Positions 54,709 through 64,000 of a stretch of DNA of 64,000 nt are shown in pieces (within the stretch, counting starts at the first letter, position 1; the number at the start of each line of letters is the position of its first letter). Position numbers and translations under genes: made by a program. Location: contig OX597834.1 of assembly GCA_951406725.2 (NCBI GenBank), forward strand, positions 38,564,001-38,628,000, given 5' to 3'. Under the pieces are notes generated by a model. It had not been told where the DNA came from. It saw only the letters and a program-made list of their open reading frames with translations, and ran no database searches. This DNA is from Octopus vulgaris. Lineage: Eukaryota.

Positions 54709-54724
54709 AATACCCTCAGATATG

Positions 54725-54756
<32 letters not shown>

Positions 54757-54834
54757 TGTTTGTATGTGTATTTGCATGTATATATATATGTATTTATATA
54801 TTTATCTCCCTCCTCTCTCTCTCCCTTTATATCT

Positions 54835-54888
<54 letters not shown>

Positions 54889-54973
54889 AGAGTTTATGAA
54901 AAAACAAAAGACGAAGAAAGGTGGTGTACAAAACAGACAGATGTATTAGTATAACGCTCAGGAATAGAAAAGT

Positions 54974-55009
54974 CTTTTACGTTTCGAGCCTACGCTCTTC
55001 TACAGAAAG
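54974..55009 (-). ncRNA. Minimal hammerhead-like motif (A6->U) in a Penelope-type tail spanning ~54885-55040
   Basis: CTTT-CTGTAGA-A-GAGC-GTAG-GCTC-GAAA-CG-TA-AAAG with perfect stems I and II and palindromic ACGT stem III. Confidence 0.65.
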
Positions 55010-55431
55010 GGACGCAGAAAAAAAAAAACAAGGAGAGAAGCATATATATATATATATAGCAGGGAACCTACAAACATTTCTAAGACCAGTCATGTGACTA
55101 TCTTCTACCAATCAAAACCTATTCAAAATATATACTAATTCGAGTCATGAACTCCCTATAAAAATAGAGCAAGCTTCAAACACTAGTCAGAAGCAAAACA
55201 GCTGAGACCTTCGCCACGTCTTTCTATTTCAAATTTTTGAACATCAGCGTAAACAATGAAACTGGTTAAATCTTAAATACAATAATAAAATATATTTTAA
55301 CTATTCTCAGTGCATTTTCAACTTCTATTTTGCCAATATTTCTGCCCGTGTGGAATAAAATAACTTTGTTTTCTATATGCTCCAGCATGACCATATCCAT
55401 CTAGTTGAAACACATAAACGAATATATATGT

Positions 55432-55602
<171 letters not shown>

Positions 55603-56139
55603 TTCATAACCAGAAAATAGCTGTTTACTTCTACACAAGTAGGAATACAAGAAAATTGGGTTTAGGGTTGAAAATACACCTGAATCTTAAAACAAATTTT
55701 AGTTTTTGAATTTATCGAAATATCATACCGATTCTCACAATTTTATTGTTTTTCAATGGTAACTGAAGAAGAAAATGAAAAGCTAAAAATAAGAAAAAGC
55801 ACAGGGGAAGTTTGCTTGGTGATAAAACTGGCACGAAAATCAAAGGTTCAATAGTTTATACAGCAAAATTCCTCGTAAATAAGTTTCACAGCAATAAGAA
55901 ATGATGAAAGTACAAACGTTCGATAGATTTCATACGTTAATACTTGATGGAAAACTGAAGGTTAAACAAGTTTGATAGCAATAAATTATGGTGACAACAG
56001 ATATGATGAAGATTTTAAAATATATGAAAAAAATATTCTTTTAAAAGCTCTGCTTTGTTATGCGATGCAGAATTTCTCGGCTTTTGTTTTAGTCTTTCGA
56101 ATGTGGAAATCGAACCATTTTCTAAGCAGATATTACTGT

Positions 56140-56323
56140 GGATTTGTGGTAAGAAGTTTGCTTAACCAACCACATAGTTCTGGGTTCAGTCCCATTGCGT
56201 GACACCCTGGACAAGTGTCTTCTACTATAGCCTCGGACCGACCAAAGTCTTGCGAGTGGATTTGGTAAAGGGAAATTGAAAGAAGCTCGTTGTATGTGTG
56301 TTTTTGTGTGTGTGTGTTTGTCC
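56140..56323 (+). mobile_element. 5' half of SINE family A
   Basis: TGTGGTAAGAAGTTTGCTT...GGGTTCAGTCCCATTGCGTG...CCGACCAAAG. Confidence 0.85.
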
Positions 56324-57061
56324 TGCAATATCTAACGGAAATATGCCCCAACTGCGAATGACACCAGGTAGCCCAAACTGTACCAATGCTTTACTCGACA
56401 CATCAGCACACTAATTGATACATACCCATTAGTCCAAAATAATTAGGTTTAAATCCTGATTGGCTGCTTACTAAGAGACGTCACTTATTTTCACCGCCTG
56501 CCAAGCAGCCCAATACGCTTGTTGGCTTGAGGCTTCAGGATGTCCTTCATTTATCGGGTCATTTGTTGTTTTCAGACCATTGTCCAACATTGTAGTTAGT
56601 TGACAGTCATTGGGCATCATTTGTTTGTCGAATGTCCTGGTTACATGTTTTGTCTGACTGTAATCTAGTGTTACGGTTGGATAACTCTCTTAAGACGTCG
56701 CGTATTTTTCTGGTGTTCCGGGCGACAAAATACTTAATATCATAACTTGTTTTTGTTTTGTTTTGTCGTTGTTTTTTTCCCCTTTTGCCGTTTAAAGTCA
56801 GCTTTGAAGAAATTTTGTCCCACAAATCGACCCCAGGACTTTTTACTTTTTAAACCTTGTACTTATTCTACCGGTCTCTTTTGCCGAACTCCTAGCTACG
56901 AGGACGTGAACACATCAGCACACGTTGATACATACATATATACATACATACATGCATACATACATACACGCATGCATACAAACACACACACACATATCTA
57001 AATATATACATATATGTGATCCATCTGAACATCGAACACTGACTCTTTCAGGCAATCATGC

Positions 57062-57109
<48 letters not shown>

Positions 57110-57118
57110 TAGAGAGAG

Positions 57119-57184
<66 letters not shown>

Positions 57185-57478
57185 ATATATATATATATAT
57201 ATAGATATATAGATATATATATATAAACAATCCAGGTGAGTTAATCCTTGGGTGAAGTCATCTAATAGTGTCGAAAATATGCAATTACACAATGATATGA
57301 AGTTAAGGTTTCGTATCCCCGATGAAGCCCGTTACCACAATATATGCTTTAATATTATTTTATTATATATTATATATCTATGGATGTGTCACAGTATGAG
57401 CTACTGGATTATTTCCGACACATTCGTGTAAGTGGAGGAATGCATGCATTCAACAAGCATATCTATCTACCTACCTAC

Positions 57479-57569
<91 letters not shown>

Positions 57570-57622
57570 CATATATAGACACACGCGCACATATATAAAC
57601 CATCTATCTATCAGTCAATATA

Positions 57623-57655
<33 letters not shown>

Positions 57656-57802
57656 CGTAAGTATGTATATTCATGTATGTATGTATGCATATGTGTGTGT
57701 GTGTGCGCGAACCAGCATATGGGTATACAGTATATATTGCTAATTATCATTATATATATATATATATGTATCTTTGTGTGTGTATATATTTATTTATATA
57801 TA

Positions 57803-57835
<33 letters not shown>

Positions 57836-58032
57836 CACGCATATGCATCTATCGATCTCTTTTATGAGCACATATTGTGTATAAGATAGTATCACTCAAA
57901 TATCGTACCTACTTTATGTTCAGGTACATACGTATAGAGTACTCTTTCGGTGTGCATAGTCGAGTGTGTACGTATATATAATGATGTGTATGTGTGTGTA
58001 TATATATACGCATGTATATAAATATGTGTACT

Positions 58033-58089
<57 letters not shown>

Positions 58090-58654
58090 TATACATATTT
58101 ATATATATGCGTATATATATACACACACACGCGCACACACACACACATACACAATCACATACTCACGTACACGCAAACACAGAAACACACACCCACGTAC
58201 ACCCACTTCTATGAGTATCTGTGTGCGTGTGTATGTGTGTGTGTGCGTGCGCGTGTGTGTTTATGGATTATTCTCCTGATAAATGTGTGTGTGTGTGCGT
58301 ATGTGTGTGTGTGCGTGTGTGTGTGTGTGTGGAGAGAATCCAATATTCAACAAGCACTAAACATAATTGGCCTGGTTAGAGAGTTCATTTTTTCTCCTTC
58401 TTTTCTTTATTTAGGATTACATAACTGTTTCATCGTCTCCCTCCCTCTTTCTCGCCACCTCTCTTTCTTTCACTCCCATCTCTATCTCTCTGCATCTCTT
58501 TCTCTCGCCCACCTCACTCTCACTCTCTCTCACTTTCTCTCTCTCTGTCTCTCATCCACACACTTCTCATTGACTCCTATTTGCCACGTTTTGTTTCTCT
58601 CTTCTCTTACCTTCCTCCCGAATTCATGTCAACTCTTCCCCCCACCACTTCTCC

Positions 58655-58691
<37 letters not shown>

Positions 58692-58880
58692 CGTTACGTA
58701 ATACTAACAACTTCTTTCTCATCAATTCCTCTTTTTCACCATTCAATACTTCTCTTTCTTATCATTTCTTTTGCTTCAGTACTCTTTCGCCTTTCACTCG
58801 CTTCCAATTCTAGGCCACTATACAATGACATCTACTGCATCACGACCACAACTGCAACAGCACGCGCACCCCACTCCATT

Positions 58881-58939
<59 letters not shown>

Positions 58940-58972
58940 TATATAGATATATATAGATATATATAGATATAG

Positions 58973-59003
<31 letters not shown>

Positions 59004-59260
59004 CATACATACATACTTATATACATACATCATCGCCGCCGCCACCAGCACCAATACCACCAATACCACCACCACCACCACCACCATGCCACTAATACTA
59101 CTACTACTACTACAACTACATTTACAATAACGTATATAGATATAGATATACACACACAAATAAAAGTCATGTTTATATTTCGTTATTAGTATAGTTACAT
59201 GCCACTATTCCTACCTCTCTCTCCACCCTAGATCTCACCACACACACACACACACACACA

Positions 59261-59306
<46 letters not shown>

Positions 59307-59488
59307 GATACATAAATACATTTATATATATATTATTGGGTTATATATATATGCATATATGTAGGCATATACTTATGTTGTGTGTGTATCAACCTGTATG
59401 TATGTAAAACTTTATGTATTAATAGATAGAGAGATAGATAGATGGATAAATGTGTGCCTGTGTATATATATATATATCTATCTATCTA

Positions 59489-59605
<117 letters not shown>

Positions 59606-59678
59606 ATATACAAACACACATATATATATACATATATGTACACACACATATATGTATATGAATGTATATATATTTATG

Positions 59679-59765
<87 letters not shown>

Positions 59766-60184
59766 TGTATATGTATATATATATATATATGTCTATATAC
59801 AAATGTATTTATATATTTCTGTGTACACACATACATGCATACATACGTGTAAACTCACACACACAAGTTCCGTATGTTTTTTTCTCTAAAACGAAAAAAA
59901 ACCCATATTAATCCAAAAAGAAATGAATGCGTGACGCACGGTTAAAGAGCTATTCCAAAGACACTAGTTGCTGCAAAGTTTCGCCAAGGAAGGTTTTTCT
60001 AACTATGCTGAAAATATAAAAGAAGTTGTCACATATAAACAAGTTAGCCATACAGAAGGTGTGAGAGGCTGTTGTAATAATTATGGCTGTGGAATTACAG
60101 ATGTAAAAAGATTTTATATTCGACCAATAGTTTCGGTTTAAAATACTTTTAATAAGAAAATATGATGATTGATCATATATTCTG

Positions 60185-60375
60185 TTATTCTTTTACTTGT
60201 TTCAGTCATTAGATTGCGGCCATGCTGGAGCACCGCCTTGAAGGGTTTTAGTCGAACAAATCTGTAAGCCTAGTACGTATTCTATCGGTTTCTTTTGCTG
60301 AGCCACTAAGTTGCAGGAACGTAAACACACCAATATCAGTTGTCAAGCGATGGTGGGGAGGGACAAACACAGACA
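60185..60375 (-). mobile_element. 3' half of SINE family A
   Basis: CTTTTACTTGTTTCAGTCATTAGATTGCGGCCATGCTGGAGCACCGCC...GTTGTCAAGCGATG. Confidence 0.85.
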
Positions 60376-60429
60376 CGCATGCACACACACATACGCATAT
60401 ACACATGCATATATATGCATCTATATATG

Positions 60430-60497
60430 TATATATATATATATATATATATCTTTATATGCATACTGACGCATATATATATATATGTATGTATATG

Positions 60498-60543
<46 letters not shown>

Positions 60544-60611
60544 CATATACATACATATATATATATATGCGTCAGTATGCATATAAAGATATATATATAT
60601 ATATATATATC
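60430..60611. repeat. Perfect AT-rich palindrome centred at 60520/60521
   Basis: CTTTATATGCATACTGACGC...(AT)n...GCGTCAGTATGCATATAAAG. Symmetric positions sum to 121041. Confidence 0.9.
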
Positions 60612-60723
60612 TATGCATGCATATGTATATGCATGCATAGATATATATATATATATATTTGTATATTTATGTATATATATATATTTGTATATATATATAT
60701 TTGTATATATATATATTTGTATA

Positions 60724-60792
<69 letters not shown>

Positions 60793-60811
60793 GCATATAC
60801 ACGTACATTTA

Positions 60812-62343
<1,532 letters not shown>

Positions 62344-62404
62344 TTATCTATCTATCTATTTATCTATTTATCTATATATATATATATATGTATGTATGTG
62401 TGTG

Positions 62405-62538
62405 TATATGTTTGTGTGTCTGTGTTTGTCGCTCCAACATCGCTTGACAACCGATGCTGGTGTGTTTACGTCCCCGTAACTTAGCAGTTCGGCAAAAGAG
62501 ACCAATAGAATAAGTACTCGGCTTACAAAGAATAAGTG
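62405..62538 (+). mobile_element. SINE family A internal fragment
   Basis: TGTGTTTGTC...GCTTGACAACCGATGCTGGTGTGTTTACGTCCCCGTAACTTAGC. Confidence 0.85.
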
Positions 62539-62767
62539 ACGGACCAATTTCGAGGCTGGAGCAACATGGAACAGGCGAAACTACTCGAACGCAGAGAATG
62601 TAAATGCTGCTAAGTATTTTGCAGTTCGCAACCGTAATTTGAATTAACAATATTGGAAAGTATTAGAATAGTTTCAAGTTTTGGCAGAAGGCCAGTAATT
62701 TGGGGTGAGGGGTGAGGAGATCACATCAACCCAAATACTTAAGTGATGTTTATTATATCGAGCTCGA

Positions 62768-63052
62768 AAGTACTTATTCTATCGGTATCTTTTGTCGAAC
62801 CGCTAAGTTACAGGAACGTAAACACACCATTATCGGTTGTCAAGCGATGTTGGGAGACAAATAGACACATACATATATGCACACACATACATATATATAT
62901 ATATAAACATATATACGACGGGTTTCTTTTCAGTTTCCGTCTACCAAATCCACTCACAAGGCTTTGGTCGGCCCAAAGCTATAATAGAAGACACTTACCC
63001 AAGGTGCCACGCAGTGGAACTGAACCTGGAACCATGTGGTTGGTAAACAAGC
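62768..63052 (-). mobile_element. SINE family A, truncated
   Basis: AGTACTTATTCTATCGGT...TTTCAGTTTCCGTCTACCAAATCCACTCACAAGGCTTTGGTCGG. Confidence 0.85.
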
Positions 63053-63246
63053 TGGTTCCGCATGTAATGAGAAACCAGACTATCATACTCCCAATTTCAG
63101 ACAATACTATCCGAAGACAGTCAGATATATTCATTAAAGTTAATGAGGTCAGTATTTATAAATTATTTGTGCTATATTCCAATATTACGGTATTACAATC
63201 ACATATTGAAAATAGATTTTTTTTTTTTTTTAAATAATCATATTAA

Positions 63247-63463
63247 GGGCGGTGAGCTGGCAGAATTGTTAGCACGCTGGACAAAATGCTTACCGACATT
63301 TTGCCCGTCTTTACGTTCTGAGTTCAAATTCTGCTGAGGTCGACTTTGCCTTTCATCCTTTCGGGGATCGATAAAATAAGTACTAGTGAAACGCTGGCGT
63401 CGATCTAATCGTCTTCTCCCCTTCCCCGAAATTGCTGGCGTTGTGCCCAAATTAGAAACCAAT
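63247..63463 (+). mobile_element. SINE family B
   Basis: GGCGGTGAGCTGGCAGAATTGTTAGC...GAGTTCAAATTC...GCCTTTCATCCTTTCGGGGATCGATAAAATAAGTAC. Confidence 0.88.
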
Positions 63464-63728
63464 AATTGTATAAAATGTACATATACATACACAAATGTAT
63501 ACATACGCATACACATGTATGTTTACATACATATCTACGTGTGTGTATATGCATGTATATATCTGTGACCTTTATGTATAATGTATGAATATCTGTGTGA
63601 TGTATGTGTGTGTATGTATATGTGTGTGATGCATGCATATATATATATATATATCTTCTTTCCTGAGCGTCCAATACTTTATTTGTTCCTCCTCGCGTTG
63701 TTGTCTTTTTGTTTTCTTGTTTGGATTA

Positions 63729-63778
<50 letters not shown>

Positions 63779-64000
63779 CTGGAACTCTTCTTTTCACTAC
63801 ATAACGAAGACATGACACGATGTAGGTAAAGAAATTTGAGAAATTTGAAAAGTATACACGAAACCGGTTATTTCTCCAAAAACTATGTTACTATACACAA
63901 AATTTTATAACATTTTTCTAACATAACGACTTAAATATATTCTTTAACCTTATAACACATGCCTTCTGTAGTTTTTTCACTCTTTTCTATTATATATATA

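Noticed and set aside
57310-57350. CCGATGAAGCCC hammerhead-like start
   Set aside because: No closing stem II or GAAA.

Overview
Eukaryotic, AT-rich, microsatellite-saturated intronic/intergenic DNA. The repeat content looks like an octopus/coleoid cephalopod genome (inference). No complete protein-coding gene is visible, and nearly all ORFs in the track are translated microsatellites. Identifiable content: many copies of three tRNA-derived SINE families; decayed mariner, Helitron, R4/Dong-like, BovB-like RTE and Penelope GIY-YIG fragments; several MITEs; an ~600-bp tandem duplication; and a perfect ~180-bp palindrome. The most striking signal is a set of non-coding Penelope-type elements carrying minimal type-I hammerhead ribozyme motifs with palindromic stem III. 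Two are long fold-back (inverted-repeat) elements, each with a 162-bp spacer, and one of these has the U3-A8 compensatory core. A third element fuses a tRNA-like Pol III head to a degenerate hammerhead tail. A candidate 27-nt frame-preserving microexon with downstream TGCATG/ACTAAT motifs suggests the window lies inside a large plus-strand host gene.
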